From Candidatus Aenigmatarchaeota archaeon (GTDB lineage Archaea > Aenigmatarchaeota > Aenigmatarchaeia > GW2011-AR5): a stretch of 64,000 nt of DNA. The notes under the pieces are model-generated. The model saw only the letters and a list, made by a program, of their open reading frames with translations. It was not told where the DNA came from and ran no database searches. The stretch's first letter is position 1, and each line of letters opens with the position of its first letter. The translations under genes were made by a program, and so were the position numbers. The stretch lies in the NCBI GenBank assembly GCA_016187335.1, contig JACPJW010000001.1, positions 448,001 through 512,000 of the forward strand. The letters run 5' to 3'. Positions 27,205 through 37,351 of the stretch are shown one piece after another.

Positions 27205-28626
27205 ATGAATGCGTTTAGCAGTAAGAATGTGAAATTTGTTCTGCTTATTATTGCCGTCGTTTTTGCGGCCGGATGCACCTCCCAGCTGCCCACATTCGGC
27301 CTGGACGCCATAAGCGTGAACAAGGAAATCAGCATTGAGGGCGACCGCGACGTCCTTGCAATCAGGGACAAATTGACAATACCAAAATCGCCCATACTCA
27401 CGGACCAGTCCGTCCAGTTTTCTTATGTTTTGGAAAACAAGGACACGGCAAAAAAGGCTGAGAACGTAAGGATAGATTTGTTTGACGCGCCACTGATGAA
27501 AAGAAAGAGCTCTGACGGGCCTTTGTGCAATTTCGGCAGGGACTCCAGCGGGAACTTCGCGGAAAGCCGTTCGTGCTTTCCCAACGAATGCAAATCTAGG
27601 GACGGCAATGCATGCGTTTTATCGGATATACTGCCGGGCGAGCAGCGCCAGGTTACCTTTGACTTGTTCTCGCCTTCGCAGGGGCAGATAGCGGGCCTGA
27701 AAACGGATTTGAAGATGAACTTCAAGGTCACATACAATTTTGAGGGCTCCACTTCATTCACGGTTCCTGTCGTGAACCTTGAGGAAATAACAGCGAGGCA
27801 GCGCGCAGGCGACAAGATAAAGGTTGATGTGACGAAAAGCATAGGCTCGGGCCCGATACAGGTTGACCCCGAGCTTTTCGGATCTTCTTACATTTTAGGC
27901 GGCCAGTCAGGAACGTTCTTCTTCGTCATAAAAAACAAGGGAAAAGGAAATTTGCCTTCGTCGCAGGTGCCGAAAGGCGGGCTTTGCGTCTATTTCCCTA
28001 AGGAATTCTTCACTGAAAATACAATTCTGGTAAATCCTGACGGCATAGAATGCAGGGGTCCTGAGTGCCAGAAAGGCAATGCAGCAACCGGTGAAGTAAT
28101 ATCCAAATACATAAGTGATATTACGGGAACAGGCGACAAGCCGCTTGTAACCGGATACGCAACTGACGCCAGAAGTTACAGATGCTATTCTTCTTCATCC
28201 AATGCATGCCTGGAACCGTACCCAACCCTGGAAGAATGCCAGAACGCATGCTCAGACTTGGATGTTTCATGCATCCCTGCGGACGAATGCCTTCAGGACC
28301 AGGGCGGAAGCGGAACGGCGGTTCCCGCTGCAACACAGCAGAAAAAATCAGATCCCTTGTTTGATTGCATGAGCGTTTCCAGCGCACCGGATGCTGGATG
28401 CTACGAAAAAGACAAGCCCGAGCTAAGCAACATGGTTTTGTGCTACAACAGCCGCGCCATAGAGCTGTTCAGGGACGAATCGCGCGTGTCGATGAGGTTT
28501 TCAATCCACAAGATAAGCGAAATAAAGGACCAGCCTTTCAGGTCGATGACAGTCATTTCAAGGATAAAGTATCCTTACGAGCTGCGGGATTCTTTTGGAA
28601 TAACAGTAATACCAGCAAAGGAATAA
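27205..28626 (+). CDS. Lipoprotein-like surface protein, paralog 1
   Basis: FAAGC lipobox-like signal, Ig-like modules and a Cys-rich insert. Confidence 0.75.
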   Translation: MNAFSSKNVKFVLLIIAVVFAAGCTSQLPTFGLDAISVNKEISIEGDRDVLAIRDKLTIPKSPILTDQSVQFSYVLENKDTAKKAENVRIDLFDAPLMKRKSSDGPLCNFGRDSSGNFAESRSCFPNECKSRDGNACVLSDILPGEQRQVTFDLFSPSQGQIAGLKTDLKMNFKVTYNFEGSTSFTVPVVNLEEITARQRAGDKIKVDVTKSIGSGPIQVDPELFGSSYILGGQSGTFFFVIKNKGKGNLPSSQVPKGGLCVYFPKEFFTENTILVNPDGIECRGPECQKGNAATGEVISKYISDITGTGDKPLVTGYATDARSYRCYSSSSNACLEPYPTLEECQNACSDLDVSCIPADECLQDQGGSGTAVPAATQQKKSDPLFDCMSVSSAPDAGCYEKDKPELSNMVLCYNSRAIELFRDESRVSMRFSIHKISEIKDQPFRSMTVISRIKYPYELRDSFGITVIPAKE

Positions 28627-28698
28627 TGAAGCAAGAATAGAATGAAGCAGAACCTTTTGCTGGAAATTTTTGGAATAAACATCAGGGAAGTAATCTTA

Positions 28699-29520
28699 AT
28701 GGAAAGAAAAATATTTTTAAAAATATTTTTTCTTATTGCTCTTGCCGTTGCGGCGCTGGGATGCATTTCTTTCGGAGGCGTCACGAAGCTGAGCAGCGGC
28801 ACGCTTGTCATGAAGATAACTGCGGACCCGCCTGAAGTCTTCATTGACGGCCTGAGCAATGTATACGTTGACGTGGCCAACAAAGATGTGAAGACGCTGG
28901 AATCGGTAAGCATAGACGTGTTTGAAACAGGCTTAATGGACAGGAGCGGGGACTGCAGGCAGTCCGTTTCCGAGATGAAGCCGAACCAGTCGTTCACGGT
29001 GAAGTGCATGCTCAGGGCAAGGACGGAAATAACAAGCAGTGAAGTGAGCAATGATGTCCATGCCCGCGCAAAGTTCAGCGCGGTGCTGAGCATTCTGCAG
29101 CCCGTTGACTTTATCAGCAGCGACTGGTACGAGCGCCAGCGCCTTCTGGGCCTGCAGCTGAAGCCGAGAAAATTCGCTTATGCCGACCAGAATCTGCAAG
29201 CAACAGTTGAGTTCAGCGACAACATGCCCTTTGTGGTGCGCGAAGGCAAAAAATACTACATGTACATAACGGTTGAGAATGTAGGCGGCGGAATCATGAG
29301 CCAGATAGAGCCGCCTAAAATAGAATACGTTGACAAGTCGGCAAGAATAGCAAGGGAATGCGTGTTCGAAAAATTGCTTATAGTGGGGAAGAAATTCCCG
29401 CGCATTGCCTGCGAAATCACCCCGCCTGAAACGGATACGCAGAAGACTGTTGATTTAATATTGAACATAGGGTATAATTATGACATCAGGGATTCTGTTG
29501 TCGTGAAAATAAAGAAGTGA
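28699..29520 (+). CDS. Lipoprotein-like surface protein, paralog 2
   Basis: AALGC signal and the shared ENVGGG / YNYDI modules. Confidence 0.75.
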   Translation: MERKIFLKIFFLIALAVAALGCISFGGVTKLSSGTLVMKITADPPEVFIDGLSNVYVDVANKDVKTLESVSIDVFETGLMDRSGDCRQSVSEMKPNQSFTVKCMLRARTEITSSEVSNDVHARAKFSAVLSILQPVDFISSDWYERQRLLGLQLKPRKFAYADQNLQATVEFSDNMPFVVREGKKYYMYITVENVGGGIMSQIEPPKIEYVDKSARIARECVFEKLLIVGKKFPRIACEITPPETDTQKTVDLILNIGYNYDIRDSVVVKIKK

Positions 29521-29521
29521 T

Positions 29522-30994
29522 ATGATGAAGCAGAAAAAAAATCGCCTGTACTTTTTTCGTTTTGACGGAAAAAAATCTCTAGCACTTCTTCTTCTTATTA
29601 TTTTTCTCGCGCTTGGGTGCGTGCAGAAGCAGGTGAAGACAGATCCCAACGACGGGCTGAAGATATCGGAGTTCGTCATAGACCCGGACGATGTCGAGGG
29701 CTCGGATTATTTCTGGATATCCGCCCTGGTTGAGAACGTCGGCGGCACAACGGCAAGGAATGCGGAAGTCCAGGTTTACGGGATTTCATGGAAGGAAGAG
29801 AAAGTGACTTTGTTTTCCAGCAAGGAATTAAGGCCCCCCGAGCCGGAAAGGAACGTGGAAGGAGGAGTCGCTTTCGGCCAGAGGCGCATCCAGGCTCCGC
29901 AGCTTCCCGAAGGCATAACACACAAATTCAATTTCGTCGCCCGCGCATTATATGATTACTCAACGTCAGCTGTCACCCAGATTCCTGTAATGAGCAAGAC
30001 GGAGTTTGACAGGCAGAAGCTGAGGGGCAGCGTACTGCCTGCGCTGAAAATAACAAACACAAACGCGCCGATAAAGATTGACATGAGCGGCGGGAGCCCG
30101 ATAATCGCCGAGGAAGAGGATTCAGGGGAATTCTTTTTCAAGATACACCTGAAGAATACGGGGAGCGGAATTCCGATAACCAACGGCGTTACAGGTCTCA
30201 TAACAGGAACCGTAAGCATAGAGGGCGGCGGCAGGTTCAAGGAGTGCCTTGGGGTTAAAGACACGAGCAAGATAAAGCTGCCGGTTGATTCTTCCGGCAT
30301 CCTTCTGAGGCGCGGCGAATCGGTGACATTGCCCTGCTCTATTGAGCTTGATACTTCAAGGTGGGAGCAGATACCGCAGGGGGCGCTTCTGATAAGGTTT
30401 GAACTTACTTACAGGTATTTCACGGAAAATGAAGGGCAGCTTGTCGTTCACGGAAGAAGGCTGCGCAAGGGAGGAGAAACAGAGCCGGTCCCGACCGCTC
30501 CGAGCCGCGTGCCTTCGGATGTATTCCAGACGTCGACTCAATGCTATGCCCAGAAGGGCAGTTGCGTCAGCGGCGAGTGCAGCATTGACGAAGAGCAGAT
30601 AGGATACTGCGGAAATTTCAATGTAGTCTGCTGCAGGGCGCTTACGGAACCGGTCCCGGCGCCGACAGAGCCAGTACCTGCAAAGCCCACAGAGCCTGCG
30701 GAACCCACACCTTCAAAGCCTTCGTACTGCGATGTTCTTACATTCTGTGGCCCCAGGCCGGCTGACGAAAAGTGCAATCTGGATGACCAGGGCGGCCTCT
30801 ACAGGTCAGGGGCATCCAGGCCGTTCGGGACATTCTGCAATTTTGACAGCAAAGGAGATTATTTCATAGGCAGTATGCAGTCGTGGTTCAGGTGCGTTTC
30901 AGGATGTTACGACGACATCTACATAGACAAATACGACACGCCTATTCGCATAAAGGTGCCAGAATTCAACGAGTGCAGGCCTGAGTGCAAATGA
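29522..30994 (+). CDS. Lipoprotein-like surface protein, paralog 3
   Basis: LALGCVQ signal, shared modules, then a Pro-rich and Cys-rich C-terminal extension. Confidence 0.75.
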   Translation: MMKQKKNRLYFFRFDGKKSLALLLLIIFLALGCVQKQVKTDPNDGLKISEFVIDPDDVEGSDYFWISALVENVGGTTARNAEVQVYGISWKEEKVTLFSSKELRPPEPERNVEGGVAFGQRRIQAPQLPEGITHKFNFVARALYDYSTSAVTQIPVMSKTEFDRQKLRGSVLPALKITNTNAPIKIDMSGGSPIIAEEEDSGEFFFKIHLKNTGSGIPITNGVTGLITGTVSIEGGGRFKECLGVKDTSKIKLPVDSSGILLRRGESVTLPCSIELDTSRWEQIPQGALLIRFELTYRYFTENEGQLVVHGRRLRKGGETEPVPTAPSRVPSDVFQTSTQCYAQKGSCVSGECSIDEEQIGYCGNFNVVCCRALTEPVPAPTEPVPAKPTEPAEPTPSKPSYCDVLTFCGPRPADEKCNLDDQGGLYRSGASRPFGTFCNFDSKGDYFIGSMQSWFRCVSGCYDDIYIDKYDTPIRIKVPEFNECRPECK

Positions 30995-31052
30995 TTGATG
31001 CAATGCGGCCTAGATAAAAAAACTATTTAAGCGACCTCTGAGAAAAGATTAA

Positions 31053-32276
31053 TTGGTGCCGCGAGTGAGAAATTATACCATAATATTTCTTCTGATTGCT
31101 GCTGTTGCCGTGTCCGGATGCGTGCAGGGAAAGCAGGTTAAGACGGACGACAACAACGGCCTGGTCATAAACTCGTTCACAGCAGAGCCGAAGACGGCTT
31201 TTCCTACGGATTCAGTCAGCTTCTTCCTGGATGCGGAGAACGTAGGCAGCTTTACTTCTGAATGCGCAAGGGCGCAGTTGTTCAATGTAGACAGCTGGCG
31301 CCTTACTGACGGAAGAAAGGTCAGCGACGAGCTTGAGGGCGTTCCTTTCCGTGGAGTCCAAGTAAGCCCGGGAGGAATTAGCATAAACATAGTGTTCGGC
31401 AGGCCCGTAAGCGTGAGCGTGAACATCCCGTTCGGCGACGCGGATCCAATCAAGCAGCAGTTCAAGGACGTCCTGTGCGGCTTCAACAGCCTCGGCTCGT
31501 TCAGCGACCAGCTTGTCAAGACGGACATTGATATTCTTCCTCCTGATGTTGACAGGAACAGGGCGGGCAAGATATTTGCGACGTCATGGACTTTGTTCCC
31601 GCCCGTGCTTCCCGAGGGCGTTTCAACCACATTCAATCCGAAGGCGCGCGTTTATTACCTTTATCAGAGCAACGCCATTGCGAAAATACCTGTCCTCTCA
31701 ATAAACGAATTCAGGAGAAGGCAGAATACCGGCCAGGACACAACGCTTGTCGCGGACATCTCCAACCAGCACTCGCCCGTAAAAATCGCGCTGACAAGGG
31801 GAGGGGACAGGCCCATAGTTGTTGACACGAACCCGAAGCTCCTGCAGAATTTCAATACGCAGAAAGAGCGCTCTACGTTTGTCTTTGAGATGCAGAACGT
31901 CGGCAACGGCTTCGTAACACCCGCTGAATTCATAGACGGCAAGCAGGGCGGATTCATTTTCGGCAAAATAATTCTTGACGGAACCGGCGTTGAGTTCTCC
32001 GATTGCCTAGGCGTCACGGAAGACCAGCACACCAAGGAAGTTATCGTATCAGGAGATAATGCTTTGCTGCTGAAGATGCGCTCCGACAAGAAAGTTCCTT
32101 TTGCCTGTACCATAGCCGTGGACAGGAACGTATGGCAGACGCTCCCGCAGGGCGAAGTGACTCTTAGATTCCAGATGTTCTATGTTTACAATGTAGATGC
32201 AGAGGCTCCTGTGAAGGTCGTAGGCGTTGAGTCAGGGCAGACGGTGGAAGAAGTCGAAACAGGGCCGCCGGGATAA
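31053..32276 (+). CDS. Lipoprotein-like surface protein, paralog 4
   Basis: VSGCVQ signal. KTDDNNGLVI is similar to KTDPNDGLKI of paralog 3. Confidence 0.75.
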   Translation: MVPRVRNYTIIFLLIAAVAVSGCVQGKQVKTDDNNGLVINSFTAEPKTAFPTDSVSFFLDAENVGSFTSECARAQLFNVDSWRLTDGRKVSDELEGVPFRGVQVSPGGISINIVFGRPVSVSVNIPFGDADPIKQQFKDVLCGFNSLGSFSDQLVKTDIDILPPDVDRNRAGKIFATSWTLFPPVLPEGVSTTFNPKARVYYLYQSNAIAKIPVLSINEFRRRQNTGQDTTLVADISNQHSPVKIALTRGGDRPIVVDTNPKLLQNFNTQKERSTFVFEMQNVGNGFVTPAEFIDGKQGGFIFGKIILDGTGVEFSDCLGVTEDQHTKEVIVSGDNALLLKMRSDKKVPFACTIAVDRNVWQTLPQGEVTLRFQMFYVYNVDAEAPVKVVGVESGQTVEEVETGPPG

Positions 32277-32332
32277 AAACAAGATGAAATCGTTCTGCTT
32301 ATTCTCTTATTCCAGCGTTATTTCTTTCCGCT

Positions 32333-33634
32333 TTACTTTGATAAAAATTCCCCCAGATTCTTCTGCGTTTTTTTGTAAGATTCCGTTTCCTTTTGGTACA
32401 ACTTTTTGGAAAAGTTGTTTTTCTGAAAAGTTTCACCTATTACAGGCTTTCCGTAAACGCCGTCGTATCCTGGAATTACTTTGATATTGCCGTTCCTGTT
32501 TTTTATGATTGCATCGGCAATTTTCTCGTCAACAATTTTTGACAAGTCATTTTCTTCAACATTTAATAAGATGTTGAATTCATTCCCAAAACGATTAATC
32601 AATTTATTGTAGACTTCCCATACTTTCTTGCTGAACGTTTCCGTACTTAGAGTAACTGCAATTAACTCATTCAAAGGAATAAATTTCTTGAACGGAACGG
32701 CATTTTCAGGGACGAAGCCTTCTTCCCTGTCGGCCAGTTCTTCCACCCGGTGAAGCACGCCTATTGTTAATTCTTTCAGACATTTCGGGCACAAATTATT
32801 ATTAGCGATTGATTCTTTTGGAGGCAGCGATACGCCGCAGTTCCTGTGACCATCATAATGATATTTTCCCTCTTCCGGAAAAAATTCTAATGTCATCAAA
32901 AATTTTTCTTTGTCTTTGGCTCTGATTATGTCAATGAGTTCTTTGTACGTTATCTCTTTCATATCAAATACACAACATTCTCTTCCTAAGCGCCAAGGCC
33001 AATGAGAATGGGCATCGGAAAAAGACAAAATAGCTAAATCATCCAGTTCAGAAATTCTCCAGTTCATAGAGGGGTCGGAAGATAGACCTGTCTCGATAGC
33101 ATGTATATGATTTAGATGGTCGCCAAAACAGTCCTTTATAGAATTGAAACCGGACTGGGAACCGTAAAGACTGAAGAACGGAGTCCATATGTGTGCAGGT
33201 ATGATTTCTATATCCTTGGAAATGCTCATCAGATTTTCAACTAGTTCCATAGAATTGAACCCGAATATTGGACGGCCGTCATAGTCGCGCCTTCCTTTCC
33301 TGTCAAGCCATTCGTTTATCTGGTCGACTACCTCGAAATTAGGAGCAAGAATTATGTGATGTATGCGGTATTGTTTTCTGCCCTGCGTATAAATCAGGGA
33401 AATCTCTACCGAGAGCATAAAATTCATCCCAGCGTATTCATAGATGCCCTCGGAATGCTCAGAAAGATTTTGTTTCAGATGCTCCAGCCATTTCGGGTGA
33501 GTGAAGTCCGCACTACCCATCAGATTGAGGCCCTTTATTCTTCCATATTTAGCAATGTTATCAAGATCCAGATCCTTGGATGTCGCACGGGAATATTTAG
33601 AATGTAAATGTAAGTCAGCATAAACTATGGTCAT
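32333..33634 (-). CDS. endoQ: Endonuclease Q family protein (PHP domain + Zn finger)
   Basis: ADLHLHSKYSRATS, IETGLSSDP, FSDAHS, GKYHYDGHRNC and CPKC...GVLHRVEELAD motifs. Confidence 0.88.
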   Translation of the reverse strand: MTIVYADLHLHSKYSRATSKDLDLDNIAKYGRIKGLNLMGSADFTHPKWLEHLKQNLSEHSEGIYEYAGMNFMLSVEISLIYTQGRKQYRIHHIILAPNFEVVDQINEWLDRKGRRDYDGRPIFGFNSMELVENLMSISKDIEIIPAHIWTPFFSLYGSQSGFNSIKDCFGDHLNHIHAIETGLSSDPSMNWRISELDDLAILSFSDAHSHWPWRLGRECCVFDMKEITYKELIDIIRAKDKEKFLMTLEFFPEEGKYHYDGHRNCGVSLPPKESIANNNLCPKCLKELTIGVLHRVEELADREEGFVPENAVPFKKFIPLNELIAVTLSTETFSKKVWEVYNKLINRFGNEFNILLNVEENDLSKIVDEKIADAIIKNRNGNIKVIPGYDGVYGKPVIGETFQKNNFSKKLYQKETESYKKTQKNLGEFLSK

Positions 33635-33756
33635 TTTTTATCTTCTCCACTAAACTTTCATCAGAAAGGTCGAACTGATTAAGATCATTATAAGTGTTCG
33701 CAAATAAACGATTTAAATAAATTTTGCACCCCTATTAGAATTATCAACTGAGTGAT

Positions 33757-33969
33757 TTGAACATGGCAAAAGACGATTACATGCGGATAGTGAAGATAGT
33801 GCTTGTGATACTTCTGGTCATACTGGTATTCTCGCTGATTTCCAGCATCATCGAGCTTGTAATCGGCAGCTCCATAGGAAAAATTCTCACGGCGATCATC
33901 ATGATTCTTGCCGTTCTTTGGCTTCTCAGCGACGAAGGCCAGAGGAAAATCAGGGATATGGTAGATTAA
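33757..33969 (+). CDS. Small two-TM membrane protein
   Basis: 70 aa with two hydrophobic helices. Confidence 0.6.
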   Translation: MNMAKDDYMRIVKIVLVILLVILVFSLISSIIELVIGSSIGKILTAIIMILAVLWLLSDEGQRKIRDMVD

Positions 33970-33973
33970 GCCT

Positions 33974-35242
33974 TCAGCTGTAAAAAATAAAATTACTGCA
34001 CAGTTCCCTGACGTCAGCATCAATTCTTTCCTTTGCTGCTGAATCGCTGCGCAATTCTATCGCCTTTGCAATGAATTCAGCCACGGCTTTCATCTCGCTT
34101 TCCTTCATGCCACGTGTTGTCAGAAAAGGTGTTCCCAGCCTTATGCCTGATGGATCAAAAGGCTTCCTCGGGTCGAAAGGAATCATGTTCTTGTTCACGG
34201 TGATGCCCACCTCGTCCAGGGCGGTTTCAGCTTCCTTGCCTGTGATGTTCTTGCCGCGCAGGTCAAGGACCATCAGGTGGTTTTCCGTCCCGCCCGTGAC
34301 AATATCAAAGCCGTAGTCCATGAGGGAACCAGCGAGCGCTTTTGCATTGCGCACTATTTGCTTGGCGTATTCGGCGAAAGCAGGCGTTGCCGCTTCTTTC
34401 AGCGCAACTGCTATGCCTGCTGTCGTGTGGTTGTGCGGCCCGCCCTGCAATCCGGGAAATATGGCGCGGTCAATCAGTGTAGGTATATTCTCCTTGCTCC
34501 GCTCAGCGGCCTTCAGCGGCTCCGAAGGATTCCCGTTGCATAAAATCATAGCTCCCCGCGGGCCCCGCAACGTCTTGTGCGTTGTAGTTGTTGTGACGTC
34601 AGCGTAGCCCACAGGCGACGGGTGAACGCCTCCCACAATCAGGCCGGCTATATGCGCAATGTCTGCGACAAGAAAAGCGTCTGCGGACAGGGCAATTTCT
34701 GAAAGCCGCTTGAAGTCAATTATCCTTGAATAAGCCGTGGCTCCGCAGAAAATTAATTTTGGCTTCTCTTTTTTCGCCATGCTTTCTATCAAATCATAAT
34801 CAAGCCACCCGTCCTGCGTTGTTGCGTAAGGAACGGAAACATAATATTTTGCCGAAAAATTCACGGCGGCGCCGTGCGTAAGGTGCCCGCCGTGTGAAAT
34901 GCTCATGCCCATCAATTTCTCGCCGGGATTGAGCAATGCAAAGCAGACAGCATGGTTAGCGGGGCTTCCGGAATAAGGCTGCACGTTGGCATGGCTTACG
35001 CCGAACAGTTTCTTCGCCCTTTCTATTGCAATGCTTTCTATTTCGTCAATGAAGACGTTTCCGCCGTAATACCTTTTTCCCGGATAGCCTTCGGAGTATT
35101 TGTTTGTAAGGACAGAGCCCATTGCCTCCAGAACCGCTGGCGATACAAGATTCTCAGAAGGAATTAACTCAAGTCCGTTCATCTGCCGCTGCTTTTCCTT
35201 TTCAATTAAAGCATCTATGTGCGGGTCCGTTTCCCTAAGCAT
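33974..35242 (-). CDS. glyA: Serine hydroxymethyltransferase, bacterial-type
   Basis: LIPSEN, EGYPGKRYYGG, GGHLTHG and TTTHKTLRGPRG motifs. Confidence 0.96.
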   Translation of the reverse strand: MLRETDPHIDALIEKEKQRQMNGLELIPSENLVSPAVLEAMGSVLTNKYSEGYPGKRYYGGNVFIDEIESIAIERAKKLFGVSHANVQPYSGSPANHAVCFALLNPGEKLMGMSISHGGHLTHGAAVNFSAKYYVSVPYATTQDGWLDYDLIESMAKKEKPKLIFCGATAYSRIIDFKRLSEIALSADAFLVADIAHIAGLIVGGVHPSPVGYADVTTTTTHKTLRGPRGAMILCNGNPSEPLKAAERSKENIPTLIDRAIFPGLQGGPHNHTTAGIAVALKEAATPAFAEYAKQIVRNAKALAGSLMDYGFDIVTGGTENHLMVLDLRGKNITGKEAETALDEVGITVNKNMIPFDPRKPFDPSGIRLGTPFLTTRGMKESEMKAVAEFIAKAIELRSDSAAKERIDADVRELCSNFIFYS

Positions 35243-35396
35243 GCATGAAAATAAACAGCCAAAATATTTAAGGGAAGAATCCATCAGAACGGAAGCAAAG
35301 CAGAATAACAGGCTTCAATTAACAATGATCAGAGCCCGGACATCAGCTTCCGTATGATAATTTCTATTTTTATATTTTACTTTGATACTATCAGAC

Positions 35397-36218
35397 ATGC
35401 AGCAATATCTGGATTTGCTCCGGGAAATATTAGAAAAGGGCGTTGACAGGCCTACCAGAACGGGCATAAACACACGCTCCGTTTTCGGCAGGACCATGCG
35501 CTTTAAGATGGCTGATGGCTTCCCCGCCGTAACAACGAAAAAACTGGCTTTTGAATCGCTGAAGGCAGAATTATTATGGTTCATTTCCGGCAGCAGTGAT
35601 GTCAAGGAACTGCAAAAGCTCGGCAGCCGCATCTGGGACGCGAATGCCGAGGCGCCTTACTGGAAGCCGCGCGCTAAGTTTGAAGGGGATGTCGGAAGGA
35701 TTTACGGCGTTCAGTGGCGCAGATGGCGCGGTCCTGACGGGAAGGAAACAGACCAGCTGAAAAAAACCATAGAAAACATAAAGAAGAATCCGGAAAGCCG
35801 CCGGCACATAGTCAATGCATGGAACCCAGCGGAGCTTGACCAGATGGCGCTGCCGCCCTGCCACACATTTTTCCATTTCTATGTTGCTGACGGAAAATTG
35901 TCGCTGCTCATGTACCAGCGCAGCTGTGACATGTTCCTGGGAGTGCCTTTTAACATCGCATCTTATTCGTTGCTGCTTCACATGGTTGCGCAGGTATGTA
36001 ATTTGCAACCGGATGAGTTTGTTCATGTCCTCGGGGACACACACATTTACCACAACCATTTTGAGCAGGTAAAAGAGCAGCTGACAAGAAAACCTTTTCC
36101 ACTTCCGCAGCTGTGGCTGAATCCTGACGTGAAAAACATCGGCGACTTCAGGATGGACGACATAAAGCTGCTCAACTACCAGCACCACCCGCCGATAAAG
36201 GCGCCTATGGCTGTGTGA
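35397..36218 (+). CDS. thyA: Thymidylate synthase
   Basis: ELLWF, ALPPCH, YQRSCDMFLGVPFNIASY and HIYHNH motifs. Confidence 0.97.
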   Translation: MQQYLDLLREILEKGVDRPTRTGINTRSVFGRTMRFKMADGFPAVTTKKLAFESLKAELLWFISGSSDVKELQKLGSRIWDANAEAPYWKPRAKFEGDVGRIYGVQWRRWRGPDGKETDQLKKTIENIKKNPESRRHIVNAWNPAELDQMALPPCHTFFHFYVADGKLSLLMYQRSCDMFLGVPFNIASYSLLLHMVAQVCNLQPDEFVHVLGDTHIYHNHFEQVKEQLTRKPFPLPQLWLNPDVKNIGDFRMDDIKLLNYQHHPPIKAPMAV

Positions 36219-36838
36219 AAAGGATAATTATGTATTCTAATGATTTTACAAATCGTATACACCAAAAATTAATAGAAATCAACGGAAGAATAAAAGCCAA
36301 CGGCCCATCGCGGCCGGATGGAAGAAATCTGAGAATCCTGCAGAGCATTCATGGCGGGCTTGGGATGATATACAAGCCTTCCTGTAGTTTGGATTTGGAA
36401 TTGACTAGGCAATCACGGTCAGAATTAGTAAGGCTTGTTGATGATGCTGTTGTGAGGGACCCTGTTGGCTCGAAACTTTACGAATTTGGATGGCAAGACA
36501 AATTACCATCCTATGTAAATGGGGACTGGTTTATTGCAGGCGCGAGGGAGGATTGGAACCGTCTTGGAAAAACCGGTAAGACAGATTTCAAAAGAAGATA
36601 TATGATGGTTTCTGACAGCGAAACGTGGGATTTCTTGGACAAAGCTTCAGAAGAAGAGTTGTTCGGGTTTTACGTTCATACGCAAGCAATATACGAAGAA
36701 AAGCAAAAAGCTTTTGACGCCTTGTTCAGAATGGCAGGTCGAAGCATGAAAAAATCAGAATACAAAGAATGGGCAGGCAAGTTTGGAATCAAGCTGACGG
36801 AAGATTTCTACGTCGGTTATTCATCTGTTCCGTTTTAA
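36215..36838 (+). CDS. Hypothetical protein inserted between thyA and folA
   Basis: 207-aa ORF overlapping the thyA stop. It looks AT-richer than its neighbours. Confidence 0.6.
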   Translation: MKRIIMYSNDFTNRIHQKLIEINGRIKANGPSRPDGRNLRILQSIHGGLGMIYKPSCSLDLELTRQSRSELVRLVDDAVVRDPVGSKLYEFGWQDKLPSYVNGDWFIAGAREDWNRLGKTGKTDFKRRYMMVSDSETWDFLDKASEEELFGFYVHTQAIYEEKQKAFDALFRMAGRSMKKSEYKEWAGKFGIKLTEDFYVGYSSVPF

Positions 36839-36862
36839 TCCTTTTTTTGATTTAGGTTAAGC

Positions 36863-37351
36863 ATGATCATCTCCCTTATCGCCGCCATGGGCAGAAACAG
36901 GGTTATAGGCAAGGACAACGGCCAGCCGTGGGACATGCCCGCTGACTGGGCTTATTTCAAAAGAAAAACGTTGGGCAAGCCGTGCATCATGGGCAGGAAG
37001 ACACACGAGGCAATCGGCAAGCCGCTGCCTGAAAGGGCAAACATCATCATAACAAGGGACCGAAATTACAAGGCAGAGGGATGCGTAGTTGTCCATTCAA
37101 TAGACGAAGCGCTCCACGCGGCTCGTGATGCCAAGGAAATAATGGTCATCGGCGGCGCCGAGATATACAGCCAGTTCCTGATTCATGCGGACAGGCTGTA
37201 TTTGACTTTCATCGACGAGGATTTCGAAGGCGACGCTTTCTTTCCCCGGTTCAACGAATCGGAATGGACCGAGGTCAGCAGGGAAGATCATGAAGCTGAC
37301 GAGAAAAACCCTTACAAATACAGCTTTGTGACGCTGGAAAGAAAGCGCTGA
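36863..37351 (+). CDS. folA: Dihydrofolate reductase
   Basis: IAAMGRNRVIG, PW.MPAD..YFK, IMGRKT and VIGGAEIY motifs. Confidence 0.96.
   Translation: MIISLIAAMGRNRVIGKDNGQPWDMPADWAYFKRKTLGKPCIMGRKTHEAIGKPLPERANIIITRDRNYKAEGCVVVHSIDEALHAARDAKEIMVIGGAEIYSQFLIHADRLYLTFIDEDFEGDAFFPRFNESEWTEVSREDHEADEKNPYKYSFVTLERKR

Noticed and set aside
35574-36188. 204-aa antisense ORF over thyA (similar ones over hisS, glyA and the M23-like gene)
   Set aside because: Shadow ORFs opposite well-supported genes.
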